Positions 39,741-50,210 are shown, numbered from the stretch's first letter. The stretch is 52,633 nt of DNA from a bacterium (GCA_023249195.1 JAHFDB010000001.1:1-52633); one strand, 5' to 3'. The notes: a model not told the origin generated them from the sequence alone. Numbers and translations are program-made.

Positions 39741-40538
39741 TTACCAACTCCCACTCGATCCACCCCCGCCGGAACTTCCACCGCCAAAGCCACCGAAACC
39801 TCCGCCCCCACCAAAGCCGCCAAACCCATCATAACGGTCATCTCGACCACCCCCTAAGAATAAGAATGGCAAGGCCCAAAGCCCTCCGCCACCCCCGCGA
39901 GAGCCTGCAATAAAAATAAAGAATATAAGAATAAAACCCACTTTGATAAGGGCGGATAGGCCTTGATTTCTTGCTGGGTGTCGATGCGGACGTTGAGGCA
40001 ACCCTGACAATGTCACTTGAAAGGCACTGGCTACTTGAGAAGCCAAGGCCAAGTGTCCGTTAATGAGGCCTTCTCTTATTTGGCCGCGTTTAAAATAAGG
40101 GAGAATATCTGTGTCTCGAATAACCCCTGTTTGGCCATCGGTCAGTTGTCCTTCAAGGCCATAACCAACTTCAATTCTCATTTTTTTCTCTTGCGGAGCT
40201 ACAAGAAACAACAGTCCCGTATCTTTTCCTTTTTTTCCAATGCCCCACGCACTGAAGAGCTTATTGGCATACTCTTCGACGCTTTCATCTTCTAAATTTG
40301 AAATGGTCACCGTGGCAAATTGGACTCCGGTTTTTTGCTCAAGCTCTTCTGAAATGGCACTGAGTTGAGCGGCTTGCTCAGGGGTCAAGAGGTGGGCAGC
40401 ATCGGTCACATAACCTGTCGCAGTTGGAAAGGTTAAAGAGACCGCGGGAGAACACAGAAAAACAAGGAAAATCCCAGCGATAATACTTCTGGTGATTACA
40501 GATAAAATAGTTCTCAATGGAACCCGATTAGAAGGCAT
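39741..40538 (-). CDS. TPM-domain (YgcG-like) protein with TM segment and Gly-rich tail
   Basis: GYVTDAAHLLTPEQ...GVQFATVTI...LLFLVAPQEKKMRIEVGYGLEG, with a C-terminal GGFGGGGGFGGFGGGSSGGGG tract. Confidence 0.88.
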   Translation of the reverse strand: MPSNRVPLRTILSVITRSIIAGIFLVFLCSPAVSLTFPTATGYVTDAAHLLTPEQAAQLSAISEELEQKTGVQFATVTISNLEDESVEEYANKLFSAWGIGKKGKDTGLLFLVAPQEKKMRIEVGYGLEGQLTDGQTGVIRDTDILPYFKRGQIREGLINGHLALASQVASAFQVTLSGLPQRPHRHPARNQGLSALIKVGFILIFFIFIAGSRGGGGGLWALPFLFLGGGRDDRYDGFGGFGGGGGFGGFGGGSSGGGGSSGSW

Positions 40539-41187
40539 CGATTTGAGTCACAATAAGAGTGAGTTGGGCGATGTATTCTGGAAAAAGAACCGATATATCT
40601 GCATCAGGGGCACTGTTCATAATCTGCTCAAAAACGTTGCGATCAAATGTAAGTGAGCTTTGCAAAGAGGTAATGACCTCTAATTTTGATTTAGGGACAG
40701 GCTGATTTTGACAGCGATGAAAGGCTTTAAACGCGACCATAAACGATGGGAATGACGATCGAATTAAAGCATTAATATTTCTTTTAGGCTGAATATAGCC
40801 CTCGCGCAGCTTCATTATGTTTGAGCGTAACACATATTCGCATTCGTGCCTTAAATGGGTCAGATTGAGTTCCAGATCTTCCAGAACATCTGTCCCTCCC
40901 ATTAATACCCGCGTTTCTTTCATTTCAAGAAACTCCATGGGAAACACATCCTTGGCCTGTTCAATCTCGTCTAAAGTTAAGATGTGATAGGTCATGGCAG
41001 GTTTTTGGAAAGATTTCTGCAAAATAGCCTGCTGATCAAGGGTTTTTGAATCTGCCGCTTTGAGTATCAACACCATCGAATGAAGGTCTGAACCATACTG
41101 ATACAAACACACAAAATGATCTTGATGTAAGGCTTGAATTTGGGTTAGAAATTGCTCTAAATAACCGTCGGGAAGAGACTGGGCCAT
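40528..41187 (-). CDS. Hypothetical 219-aa protein (possibly a degenerate nucleotidyltransferase-like fold)
   Basis: It overlaps the TPM gene start by 11 nt. I see no clear catalytic motif. Confidence 0.55.
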   Translation of the reverse strand: MAQSLPDGYLEQFLTQIQALHQDHFVCLYQYGSDLHSMVLILKAADSKTLDQQAILQKSFQKPAMTYHILTLDEIEQAKDVFPMEFLEMKETRVLMGGTDVLEDLELNLTHLRHECEYVLRSNIMKLREGYIQPKRNINALIRSSFPSFMVAFKAFHRCQNQPVPKSKLEVITSLQSSLTFDRNVFEQIMNSAPDADISVLFPEYIAQLTLIVTQIDAF

Positions 41188-41253
41188 CGCGAAAACTCCT
41201 TATTATTGTCATTGCTGACTGGATTCAATAACAAAAGAATATCACAAAGTGAT

Positions 41254-41886
41254 TTATTTAGGAGGATCGTTCTGTGAAGCGGCACACAGTGTCTGGTAGG
41301 TGTTCAAAATATCCTGAACATAATGCTTTGTTTCATTATCGAGGTTCCCGTTGCTTTTTTTGACAGCGCCAAACCCTTTGAAATAGGAGGCTAAAGCCAA
41401 ACCTGTCTTGGTGGCTTTGTTTTTCCATCGCGTCAACATGTCTTTGATATAGACGGTGGTTCCGGAAGCGTTTTCTTGAATATCGTAGGGATCTTTAATA
41501 TTAAGACTTTGATAATTAAAGTCTTTGATTTGACCTAGTCCCTTGGCCCCAGAAGCACTGACCGCCTTGCGATTAAAGCCCGATTCTCGGGACATTAGAG
41601 CCGCTGTAAACTTAGGATCGACGTGGTGCTCTTTGCCATATTTGACCAAATAGGTGGAAATGTTTTTGGCATCTTCCGTGGGAATGGTTTTGTAATTTTT
41701 AGTGATAAACGTGTGAATGCTTTGGTAGTCTTTTTCTTCGTCGAGGGTGGGAAATTCAACCTCAATACCCTGCCATTCCTTGACCTCTTCCCACTTGGCA
41801 TCGGGAATATTGGAAGTGGGTGATTTTGGGCTCGAAAATAAAATCACTAAGACGAGCCCTATGAGAGGAATAGCCGCTGCAGTCAA
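41254..41886 (-). CDS. Lytic transglycosylase (SLT domain), membrane-anchored
   Basis: N-terminal TM segment, with ALMSRESGFN (catalytic E) and GAKGLGQI. Confidence 0.8.
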   Translation of the reverse strand: MTAAAIPLIGLVLVILFSSPKSPTSNIPDAKWEEVKEWQGIEVEFPTLDEEKDYQSIHTFITKNYKTIPTEDAKNISTYLVKYGKEHHVDPKFTAALMSRESGFNRKAVSASGAKGLGQIKDFNYQSLNIKDPYDIQENASGTTVYIKDMLTRWKNKATKTGLALASYFKGFGAVKKSNGNLDNETKHYVQDILNTYQTLCAASQNDPPK

Positions 41887-41891
41887 CGGTG

Positions 41892-43406
41892 TCAGTCCTT
41901 AGCGGCACGAAGCAGTGTTTGAATATGCCCCAAAACAGCCTCTGGTTTTAGCATGGTGACAGCCCCGCTCTGCCTCGATTTAAATTCAATAAGACCTTCG
42001 GATAAAAACTTTTTTCCCACAATCACATGAAAAGGAATTCCAATAAGGTCTGCATCTTTAAATTTAAGGCCTGCAGACTCATCGCGGTCGTCTAAAATAA
42101 CCTCTATATTTTCCCCTAAAAGTTCCCCGTAAAGAGACTCTGCGCAGGTATTAAGGGTTTCATCGGCAGTGCTAGTAGCAATAATGTCCACTAGATAAGG
42201 GGCCAAGGCTACAGGCCAAATGATCCCATTTTTATCGTTATTTTGCTCAATTGAGGCTGCAATACTGCGCCCAATGCCAATACCGTAACACCCCATTAAA
42301 AAGGGTTTATCTTGGCCAGCCTCATCTACGTATGTGGCCGTCATGGAATGTGAGTATTTGTCTCCCAGCTGAAAAATATGGCCGACTTCAATTCCGCGAA
42401 TTTCTTGGAGACGCCCTTGATGACAGTGCGGACATATATCACCTGATTTTACATTACGAAGGTCGGCTAGTTTTTCGTATCCAAGGCCAGAAAGACGCAG
42501 ATCTACGATGGCGTCCAACCCCGTTTCTGGAGTGGTTTCGCTCAGATAAAGAACTTGGGCATTTAACGCCTTTCTAAGCTTAATCTCATTAATAGTGTCC
42601 TCACTTTTAAGGATAACAGAAATGGGTTTTTGATCGGCCATATAGACCCACGTTTTAGTTTCAATGTCACCCATTTCTTGGCCCTTGTGATGACTTTCTG
42701 CCGCTTCTAAGTTTGCAGCATAGTCACAGGACAGACATTCCATAATGGCATCTTCCCCTGTGTCTGCCGTGACCATAAATTCAGAGGAATGATCGCCCCC
42801 AATGGCCCCACTGTCTGCTTTCACCGCTTTAAATTTAAGGCCTGCACGCTGAAAAATACGCCTATAGGTAGCTGCCATGTCTCGATAGGTTTGATCTAAA
42901 CTTTCCCATGATGCATGGAAACTGTAGGCGTCTTTCATAAGAAATTCTCTGCCTCGCATAAGGCCAAAACGAGGACGAATTTCATCTCGAAATTTGGTTT
43001 GAATTTGGTAGGCATTAATAGGCAATTGTTTATAGGATTTAATATAGTGATTTGCCAGCTCTGTGATCACTTCTTCGTGGGTAGGCCCATAGCAAAACTC
43101 TTTTCCATGTCGGTCTTTAATCCGCAGAAGCTCTCTTCCATAGTGATCCCAACGTGAAGAGCGTTTCCATAATTCGGAAGGAATCATGCTGGGCATAAGC
43201 ACTTCTTGGGCTCCCGAACGGTTCATTTCTTCCCTTACAATCGCCTCAAATTTTCTAAGCACCCGTAAGCCCAGGGGCATCATGCTATAAATACCTGCCG
43301 CCACCTTGCGAATCATACCCGCACGCAGCATAAGTTGGTGGGAGAGCACTTCAGCATCTTTAGGGACTTCCTTGAATGTACTGAAAAAAAGTTGTGAAAA
43401 ACGCAT
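41892..43406 (-). CDS. proS: Proline--tRNA ligase
   Basis: MRFSQLFFSTFKEVPKDAEVLSHQLMLRAGMIRK, class II motifs, and a C-terminal anticodon-binding domain. Confidence 0.92.
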   Translation of the reverse strand: MRFSQLFFSTFKEVPKDAEVLSHQLMLRAGMIRKVAAGIYSMMPLGLRVLRKFEAIVREEMNRSGAQEVLMPSMIPSELWKRSSRWDHYGRELLRIKDRHGKEFCYGPTHEEVITELANHYIKSYKQLPINAYQIQTKFRDEIRPRFGLMRGREFLMKDAYSFHASWESLDQTYRDMAATYRRIFQRAGLKFKAVKADSGAIGGDHSSEFMVTADTGEDAIMECLSCDYAANLEAAESHHKGQEMGDIETKTWVYMADQKPISVILKSEDTINEIKLRKALNAQVLYLSETTPETGLDAIVDLRLSGLGYEKLADLRNVKSGDICPHCHQGRLQEIRGIEVGHIFQLGDKYSHSMTATYVDEAGQDKPFLMGCYGIGIGRSIAASIEQNNDKNGIIWPVALAPYLVDIIATSTADETLNTCAESLYGELLGENIEVILDDRDESAGLKFKDADLIGIPFHVIVGKKFLSEGLIEFKSRQSGAVTMLKPEAVLGHIQTLLRAAKD

Positions 43407-43436
43407 GTTAAGGTTCCTTTTGACAAAAAGATGGGG

Positions 43437-44057
43437 CTATTTTAACACTGCCTCCCTTAGAGCGTCGATGAGGGCGTATCCAGACACCTCTGTCCCTATT
43501 CCTTGTGTGAAGTAAGGATGATACTGAGCCGGTAAATTTCCGAACGAGGCTATCGTTGGGGCACGATGTAAAATGCCTTGGACCATAAATTGGGTTTTCC
43601 ATTTTCTTGCGGACAACCCCATTACCTTATGTCCCCGCACACAGAGCTCATAAGGGCTGTCATAGGCCGCACAAAACGCATGTGAGTGAGAGACACACCC
43701 TTCTTTGGCGTCTGCCTGAATACCAAAGTCAGATAAAACATGTGAAAATAATTGGGTAAAAAAGGACAATTTGTCTTTAATCTTAGGGGGGAAAGCAGGG
43801 TCATTTAAAGTTGCAACACAAGAAAACACCACGTCGCCTTCCCCATGAAGCACAACGCCTCCACCTGTTATTCTGGAAGCTGAATCGAACCCTTTGAGTT
43901 CCACTTCCAGATCATGTTTTTCAGGATAAGTAATGCCTGGAGATGGCCACATGTACGCCCTGAGGTGGCGTTTTTCTGCAGAACTCAGCTGAAGGACATC
44001 CCACTGCATATTTTCTGCGCTCGTAGGAAAAACATGGGTAGAAAACACAGTCCTCAT
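43437..44057 (-). CDS. Biotin/lipoate A/B protein ligase family protein (short LplA/LipB-like)
   Basis: RITGGGVVLHGEGDVVFS and AFCAA..YELCVRGHKVMGLSARKWK (the lysine-containing G-x-A/S-x-R/K motif). Confidence 0.65.
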   Translation of the reverse strand: MRTVFSTHVFPTSAENMQWDVLQLSSAEKRHLRAYMWPSPGITYPEKHDLEVELKGFDSASRITGGGVVLHGEGDVVFSCVATLNDPAFPPKIKDKLSFFTQLFSHVLSDFGIQADAKEGCVSHSHAFCAAYDSPYELCVRGHKVMGLSARKWKTQFMVQGILHRAPTIASFGNLPAQYHPYFTQGIGTEVSGYALIDALREAVLK

Positions 44058-45466
44058 ACGAACTTACATCGGGCATCTGTTTCAAATGAATCAAACTGCG
44101 CAGCCTCTAAAAAAGCTTGAGAGTCTAGAAATGGATTTCCGTGAAAAACATGGTCCACTTTTAGACATTCACTGATTAACTGCCGACCCAAGTGACCTTT
44201 GAAGTCACATGTCACACACCCTGTCTGACATGCACAGTGTTTTTTGACGAGTTTCTGAGACACGATGCCTTTCAAGGCATAGGAAACCAAGAAGGGGTCT
44301 AACCCAAACCCAGAAAGCCTTAGAAGGGTGCTTCGGCAGTCAGAGGTATGTAAAGAAGCCAACACCAAATGCCCCGTATAGGCCGCTTCTAGGGCTACTT
44401 GGGCGGTATGCTGGTCCCGTATTTCACCAATCATGATGCAATCGGGATCTTGACGCAAAATGGCTTTAAGCCCCGAAGAAAAGGTATATCCAATTGAGGG
44501 GTTTATTTGCGATTGTCTGATGCCAGGCAAAATGGCCTCAACAGGGTCTTCCAGAGTCACAATAGTACGTTTTTTATACTGAAGTAAGTAACTCAGAAAC
44601 GTATAAAGGGTTGTGGTTTTTCCCGATCCCGTTGGCCCTGTCACCAAGACGAGTCCAGATTCTTGTTCTGCCATCCCCTCGATTAACTGAACTGCCTCCT
44701 GGCGAAACCCAAGAGAAGAAAAATGAGACCCAATCGATTCCATATGAAAAAGCCTTAAAACAAAGTCTTCTCCAAATACAGTGGGTAGTGATGCTGCTCG
44801 AATGTCGAAATGTCGCCCCTCATACTGGGTCGATAATCGACCGTCTTGGGGTTGTGTAATTTGGGAAATATCCATATGAGCATGTAGTTTAATGAGAGAT
44901 TTCAAAACAGCGGTTTCTTCGGGCCCACATGTCAGCATGGGATATAATACCCCCTCCATTCGAAATTGTATCTCACATCCTGAAGCCACACTGTGCAGGT
45001 GAATATCCGAAGCCTTTTTTTCACATGCCAAATGCAAAACACGGGCCAAGATCGTATTGGACTGATGCGCAGAGTCTCCCAAAAAGGCTGTCAATTCTTG
45101 TGAGGAAATTAAGGTAGGTTTCAAATTCGGCCATGTCTGTTTAAGGGTCTCTAGATATTCGTTGAAGGGGTTGTCGATCGCAAGTCCTAATGTCATCCCA
45201 TTTTCATACAGGGGGAGAAAGCGATAGGTTTGAAGCGTTTCTTTTTCAAAAGAGTCAATAAGTTTTTTGTCCGGAACCAGCATTGACAACCGTTGAAACG
45301 GAATCCTCATATTATCAGAGATAAGTTCTAGCAATTTCTGTTCTGACAGTTGAAATCGATTTTTCAAAAGATCAAACAAAACCGTATTAGACGAGGATCG
45401 AAAAGGAAGAAGCTCAGAAAAAGAAATAAGACTGGCACGTTGTACCCAGTCAAAAAGCGAGGTCAT
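44054..45466 (-). CDS. GspE/PilB-family secretion ATPase (type II/IV secretion or type IV pilus assembly)
   Basis: N-terminal T2SSE_N-like domain, Walker A GPTGSGKTTT, Asp box, His box ASLHT, and a C-terminal tetracysteine (CACQTGCVTC). Confidence 0.85.
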   Translation of the reverse strand: MTSLFDWVQRASLISFSELLPFRSSSNTVLFDLLKNRFQLSEQKLLELISDNMRIPFQRLSMLVPDKKLIDSFEKETLQTYRFLPLYENGMTLGLAIDNPFNEYLETLKQTWPNLKPTLISSQELTAFLGDSAHQSNTILARVLHLACEKKASDIHLHSVASGCEIQFRMEGVLYPMLTCGPEETAVLKSLIKLHAHMDISQITQPQDGRLSTQYEGRHFDIRAASLPTVFGEDFVLRLFHMESIGSHFSSLGFRQEAVQLIEGMAEQESGLVLVTGPTGSGKTTTLYTFLSYLLQYKKRTIVTLEDPVEAILPGIRQSQINPSIGYTFSSGLKAILRQDPDCIMIGEIRDQHTAQVALEAAYTGHLVLASLHTSDCRSTLLRLSGFGLDPFLVSYALKGIVSQKLVKKHCACQTGCVTCDFKGHLGRQLISECLKVDHVFHGNPFLDSQAFLEAAQFDSFETDARCKFV

Positions 45467-45469
45467 GGC

Positions 45470-46492
45470 CTAATCTGAAATTAAAACCTTGCGCAGGACT
45501 TCAATTTCATCCAAGGCTTTACCCGTTCCAATAGCCACACATTCAAGAGGGTTGACCGCAATATATACAGAAATTGAAGTCTCGGCCTGAATATGTTTAT
45601 CCAACCCTTGAAGAAGGGCGCCTCCGCCTGCCAAGGTAATTCCTAAATCCATAATATCAGAAGATAATTCTGGGGGTGTTTTTTCCAAGGTCGTTTTAAT
45701 GCCATCGACAATAATGCGAACAGGCTCTCGAAGGGCCTCTCGAATTTCTGTACTGGTGAGTGTAAATGTTTTAGGCAGACCCGAAACCAAATCACGGCCT
45801 CGAATTTCCATTGTTTTTTCTTCCACCAAAGGAAAAGCCGAGCCTAGTTTGATTTTAATTTCTTCAGCGGTTCTTTCGCCAATGAGCAACCTATAGTTTT
45901 CTCGGCAATGAGCAATAATGGCTTCATCCATTTCGTCTCCGGCTACTCGGATAGACTTTGCCACAACAATGCCGCCCAAAGAAATAACAGCTACTTCGGT
46001 AGTGCCTCCGCCAATATCCACAATCATGCTTCCGGTGGGCTCAGAAACCGGTAAGTTAGCCCCAATAGCAGCAGCCATGGGCTCTTCAATTAAGTAGGCT
46101 TCTTTTGCTCCCGCATTACGGGCAGCCTCTAGAACAGCACGCTGCTCAACACCTGTAATACCTGAAGGGACTCCAATAATAATGCGAGGACTTAAGAAAA
46201 ATCGCTCAGGCATGGCCTTTTTGATAAAATATTTCAACATAATTTCAGTAATTTCAAAATCAGCAATGACACCATCGCGCAAAGGTCGAACAGCCACAAC
46301 ATTTCCTGGGGTTCTTCCGATCATTTTTTTGGCTTCATCCCCTACAGCGAGAACTAAATTTTTTTGATTATCTAAGGCAACAACAGAAGGCTCTTGAATG
46401 ACAACCCCACGCCCGTGTGCAAAAACAAGGGTGTTTGCGGTACCCAAATCGATTCCCAAATCACAGCGCAGGTGTGGGAAAAGTTTGATCAT
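45470..46492 (-). CDS. mreB: Rod shape-determining protein MreB
   Basis: [25 protein letters not shown] and LAGGGALL. I prefer the ATG at 46492 over the track start at 46540. Confidence 0.93.
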   Translation of the reverse strand: MIKLFPHLRCDLGIDLGTANTLVFAHGRGVVIQEPSVVALDNQKNLVLAVGDEAKKMIGRTPGNVVAVRPLRDGVIADFEITEIMLKYFIKKAMPERFFLSPRIIIGVPSGITGVEQRAVLEAARNAGAKEAYLIEEPMAAAIGANLPVSEPTGSMIVDIGGGTTEVAVISLGGIVVAKSIRVAGDEMDEAIIAHCRENYRLLIGERTAEEIKIKLGSAFPLVEEKTMEIRGRDLVSGLPKTFTLTSTEIREALREPVRIIVDGIKTTLEKTPPELSSDIMDLGITLAGGGALLQGLDKHIQAETSISVYIAVNPLECVAIGTGKALDEIEVLRKVLISD

Positions 46493-46626
46493 GGCATTAC
46501 TAAGGGATCGTTTTATATTTTCTAACATAAGGGGGCGCAATTATAACACCGAGAAAAATGCTTCGCAAGTTTATTTTGTCAGGCTATTCGCATTACACAC
46601 TAATTTTTTTATGCTAAAATAATCGC

Positions 46627-48732
46627 GTGGGTCTTCGATCAAAACTATCTAAAGGAAAAGGGCCTAAAAGCACGTACCGTTCTGCGGGGGCTTCCTACCT
46701 AGCATTCAAAAAGAAACAGGAACGATGGATGTCACTTTTTAAACGGGTCCTTATTTGGGGGGCTTTGGGATTGGTGTGTTCGTCGGTAAGTTTGGCAGCA
46801 TTGGCAGGAGTTGCCTCTCATGGGTTGCCTAATGTTGAGGCCATTAGCACCTTTGTACCCGCTCAAAGCACCAAAATTTTGTCTGAAGATGGCATCGTTC
46901 TGGCTGAATTACATCAAGAAGAAAACCGAGAAGTGATTCCTCTTGATCAAATTTCTCCCTATGTCAAAAAAGCAGTGGTAGCCCTCGAAGATACCGATTT
47001 TTATTCCCATCATGGGGTCAATCCTAAGGCCATTGCCAGAGCTGTGATTCATGATATTTTTGCCATGCGATTTGCCGAAGGGGGAAGTACACTGACCCAG
47101 CAATTGGCCAGAAATCTCTTCCTGAACCAAAAAAAACATATGACTAGAAAAGTGGCAGAAGCCGTTTTGGCCATCCAAATTGAAAAAAAGTATACCAAGT
47201 CTGAAATTCTAGAAATGTATCTCAATCAGGTCTATTGGGGACACAATGCTTATGGGATTGAATCTGCCTCCCAGCAATATTTTGGCAAACATGCCAGAGA
47301 ACTCAATTTAGCAGAATCTGCCATGTTGGTGGGAATGCTTCAAGGCCCTGAAATCTATAGCCCATTTCGAAATTTTGGGGCTTCAAAAGGCCGCCAAAAG
47401 GTGGCTCTGGACCGCATGCAGAAACTCAAAGTTATTACACCTGAAACGGCTAAAAGAGCCTATCTCCAGCCTATTGTTTTAGCTCCGAAAAAGATATTTC
47501 GCTATAAAGCCCCCTATTTTACTTCTCAAATTGTCTCTCAATTGATCTCGATGTATAGCGAAAAAGATGTTTATACTTCGGGGATGAAAGTGTACACCAC
47601 CCTCAATTACAAGTGGCAAATGAAAGCCATGCAGCTGATTACCGATTATGTTCAAAAAGGAAAATCGTCTACATTTATGATTGAGGATGAGGCGGTTAAT
47701 CATCTCAATTTTTCTCAGGCCGCTATGATGGCCATAGACCCTAATACCGGGTATATCAAAGTGATGCAAGGTGGGGTCGATTTTCAAGAAAATGAGTATA
47801 ACCGATGTACGCAAGCCAAACGTCAGCCCGGATCGGCTTTTAAGCCTATTGTGTATTTAACGGCTTTAGAAAAAGGCTTCACACCTGCCTCCATTGTTGA
47901 AGACACTCCCATTTCCTTTAACACGCCACAAGGGGTCTATGCGCCTCAAAATTACACCAAAAAATTCTTAGGAAGCATTACGCTTAGAAAAGCGTTAGAA
48001 AAATCTATCAACGTAGTCGCGATTAAGCTAACCCATTTAATGGGGCCTCAAAATGTTGTCCGTGTGGCCCATCAATTGGGCGTTAAATCACCTCTTTCGC
48101 CCTTTATTTCTCTTCCTTTGGGCATCAATGATATGACCATGCAAGAACTCATTTCTGTCTATGGAGTGTTTGCCAGCAATGGAAAATATGTTGAACCCAT
48201 CAGTATTTTAAAAATTGAAGACCGAAACGGAGAAGTTCTTTTCAAATCTACCATTAAAGACAAGCAAGTATTCGATTCGAATCTGATTTCCACATTGGTG
48301 GATATGATGCGTGGCGTACTTATTTCAGGAACAGGGACAGCCGCAAGGATTGACCGTCCCGCTGCGGGAAAAACAGGAACAACCTCTGATTATAAAGATG
48401 CTTGGTTTTTTGGGTTTGTTCCTCAATTGGTCTGTGCTGTGTGGGTCGGAAATGACAATAACGCCTCCATGAACAAGGTGACGGGAGGAACCGTTCCCGC
48501 TATGATGTGGAAAGAATTTATGACCGAGGCCTTGGCAGGAATGCCTGTAGAAGAGTTTCCAAAACCCGGCGGAATAAGCCTTAAAAAAGAAGAGGTTTCT
48601 CCAGAGCAAACGGGGCCTAAACAAAATTGGGAATCGGCTTCTTCCAGAACCGAGTCCAAAATTCCCACTCCGTCAAGAAAAGAAAAGACAGATGAGGACC
48701 GTATTTTAGATTTTTTCAAAAAACAACCGTAA
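46627..48732 (+). CDS. mrcA: Penicillin-binding protein 1A (class A, glycosyltransferase GT51 + transpeptidase)
   Basis: EDTDFYSHHG, GGSTLTQQLARN, SAFKP (SxxK), SIN and KTGTT. The start is ambiguous: GTG at 46627 or ATG at 46729, just before the TM helix. Confidence 0.9.
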   Translation: MGLRSKLSKGKGPKSTYRSAGASYLAFKKKQERWMSLFKRVLIWGALGLVCSSVSLAALAGVASHGLPNVEAISTFVPAQSTKILSEDGIVLAELHQEENREVIPLDQISPYVKKAVVALEDTDFYSHHGVNPKAIARAVIHDIFAMRFAEGGSTLTQQLARNLFLNQKKHMTRKVAEAVLAIQIEKKYTKSEILEMYLNQVYWGHNAYGIESASQQYFGKHARELNLAESAMLVGMLQGPEIYSPFRNFGASKGRQKVALDRMQKLKVITPETAKRAYLQPIVLAPKKIFRYKAPYFTSQIVSQLISMYSEKDVYTSGMKVYTTLNYKWQMKAMQLITDYVQKGKSSTFMIEDEAVNHLNFSQAAMMAIDPNTGYIKVMQGGVDFQENEYNRCTQAKRQPGSAFKPIVYLTALEKGFTPASIVEDTPISFNTPQGVYAPQNYTKKFLGSITLRKALEKSINVVAIKLTHLMGPQNVVRVAHQLGVKSPLSPFISLPLGINDMTMQELISVYGVFASNGKYVEPISILKIEDRNGEVLFKSTIKDKQVFDSNLISTLVDMMRGVLISGTGTAARIDRPAAGKTGTTSDYKDAWFFGFVPQLVCAVWVGNDNNASMNKVTGGTVPAMMWKEFMTEALAGMPVEEFPKPGGISLKKEEVSPEQTGPKQNWESASSRTESKIPTPSRKEKTDEDRILDFFKKQP

Positions 48733-48743
48733 GGAGCACGTCA

Positions 48744-49679
48744 ATGGAACATGTCATTATTATTGGATCAGGTCCTGCGGGACACACCGCCGCTATCTAT
48801 GCCGCAAGAGCCAAATTGGACCCCCTGATGTTCGAAGGGGAATACGCCTGCGGAGTCGCAGCTGGCGGGCAGCTCACAACCACTACCGAAGTCGAAAACT
48901 TTCCAGGGTTCCCCACCGGAATTTCTGGCCCAGAACTCATGATGAAAATGAGAGACCAATCTATTCACAATGGCACTCGGATTGAAACCAGAACGGTAGA
49001 GTCCGTAGATCTTTCTGCCAGACCTTTCACAGTGAGGCTTTCAGACCGCGAAATTAAGGCTAAATCTATTATTATTGCGACCGGAGCCACCGCTAAAAGA
49101 ATGCATGTCCCCGGAGAAGATGTCTATTGGCAAAAAGGAATTTCAGCCTGCGCGGTATGTGACGGAGGACTCCCTATTTTTAGAAATAAACATGTGGTCG
49201 TGGTGGGCGGGGGTGACTCTGCAGCCGAAGAAGCCAGTTATCTCACTAAATTTGCGAGCAAGGTGACGATGCTTGTTCGGAAAGATACCCTCAGGGCGTC
49301 CAAAGCCATGCAAGAACGTGTTTTTCAAAACGAAAAAATTACCCTTCTCTGGAATACCGAGCTTATCGAAGCCAAAGGATCCCAGGTATTAACCCAGCTG
49401 GTTGTCAAAAACAGCCTTACACAGGCAGAGACTACCCTTGAGGTAGCCGGTTTGTTTTATGCTATTGGACACACACCCAACACCGCTTTTTTAGGGGGGC
49501 AAGTCACCCTTGATCAAGGGGGGTATATCCAAACCGTCCCAGGCACCACACAAACCTCTGTGGAAGGGGTTTTTGCGTGTGGCGATGTTCAGGATAAAGT
49601 CTATCGTCAAGCCATTACTTCGGCAGGAACAGGATGTATGGCAGCCTTAGAAGCTGAAAAGTTTTTAATGCACTCATGA
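48744..49679 (+). CDS. trxB: Thioredoxin-disulfide reductase
   Basis: GSGPAGHTAAIYAARA, redox CAVCDG, GGGDSAAEEA. Confidence 0.93.
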   Translation: MEHVIIIGSGPAGHTAAIYAARAKLDPLMFEGEYACGVAAGGQLTTTTEVENFPGFPTGISGPELMMKMRDQSIHNGTRIETRTVESVDLSARPFTVRLSDREIKAKSIIIATGATAKRMHVPGEDVYWQKGISACAVCDGGLPIFRNKHVVVVGGGDSAAEEASYLTKFASKVTMLVRKDTLRASKAMQERVFQNEKITLLWNTELIEAKGSQVLTQLVVKNSLTQAETTLEVAGLFYAIGHTPNTAFLGGQVTLDQGGYIQTVPGTTQTSVEGVFACGDVQDKVYRQAITSAGTGCMAALEAEKFLMHS

Positions 49680-50122
49680 CAAACACACCCATGACCCTTG
49701 CATTAGCCTCAGACCATGGGGGACTTGAGCTCAAAAATTATATAAAGTCCTATCTTGCAACCCACTACCCCCAGTACAACATGCTTGATTTTGGCACCCA
49801 AGATACCGCCTCGGTAGACTATCCAGACTACGCAAAAAAAGTAGCTCAGTCGATTCTCAAAAACGAATGCGAATGCGGTATTCTTGTTTGCGGAACAGGC
49901 ATTGGAATCAGTATTGCGGCAAACCGATTTAAAGGCATTCGAGCCGCTCTTGTTCACAATGACTTCACCGCAGAAATGTCCAAAGCCCATAACAACGCCA
50001 ACATTCTATGTTTGGGCGGGCGAACCACCTCTAAAGAGGATGCATGTCGGTATATAGACATTTGGCTCAAAACCCCTTTTGAAGGGGGGCGACATCAAAT
50101 CAGGTTAGATAAACTAGAATAG
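49676..50122 (+). CDS. rpiB: Ribose-5-phosphate isomerase B
   Basis: ASDHGG..LK, CGTGIGISIAANR, RHQIRL. There is an ATGA overlap with trxB. Confidence 0.9.
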   Translation: MTNTPMTLALASDHGGLELKNYIKSYLATHYPQYNMLDFGTQDTASVDYPDYAKKVAQSILKNECECGILVCGTGIGISIAANRFKGIRAALVHNDFTAEMSKAHNNANILCLGGRTTSKEDACRYIDIWLKTPFEGGRHQIRLDKLE

Positions 50123-50179
50123 TGCAGTGGGCCAATCCAGTGCGAATCTAAACAAAAAACTAATGACTAAAAATACCCT

Positions 50180-50210
50180 TCTCATATTCGGGATGAGATT
50201 TTATTTATTG
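50180..50210 (+). terminator. Weak intrinsic-terminator-like hairpin between convergent rpiB and the OMP gene
   Basis: The stem is TCTCAT (50180-50185) paired with ATGAGA (50193-50198), with a 7-nt loop, followed by ttttatttatt. The stem is short and AT-rich. Confidence 0.3.

Noticed and set aside
39741-39893. Repetitive ccaccgcc/aaagccacc DNA that looked like a tandem repeat element
   Set aside because: It is the coding sequence of the Gly/Phe/Ser-rich tail (GGFGGGGGFGGFGGGSSGGGG) of the TPM protein, which is usual for YgcG-like proteins.
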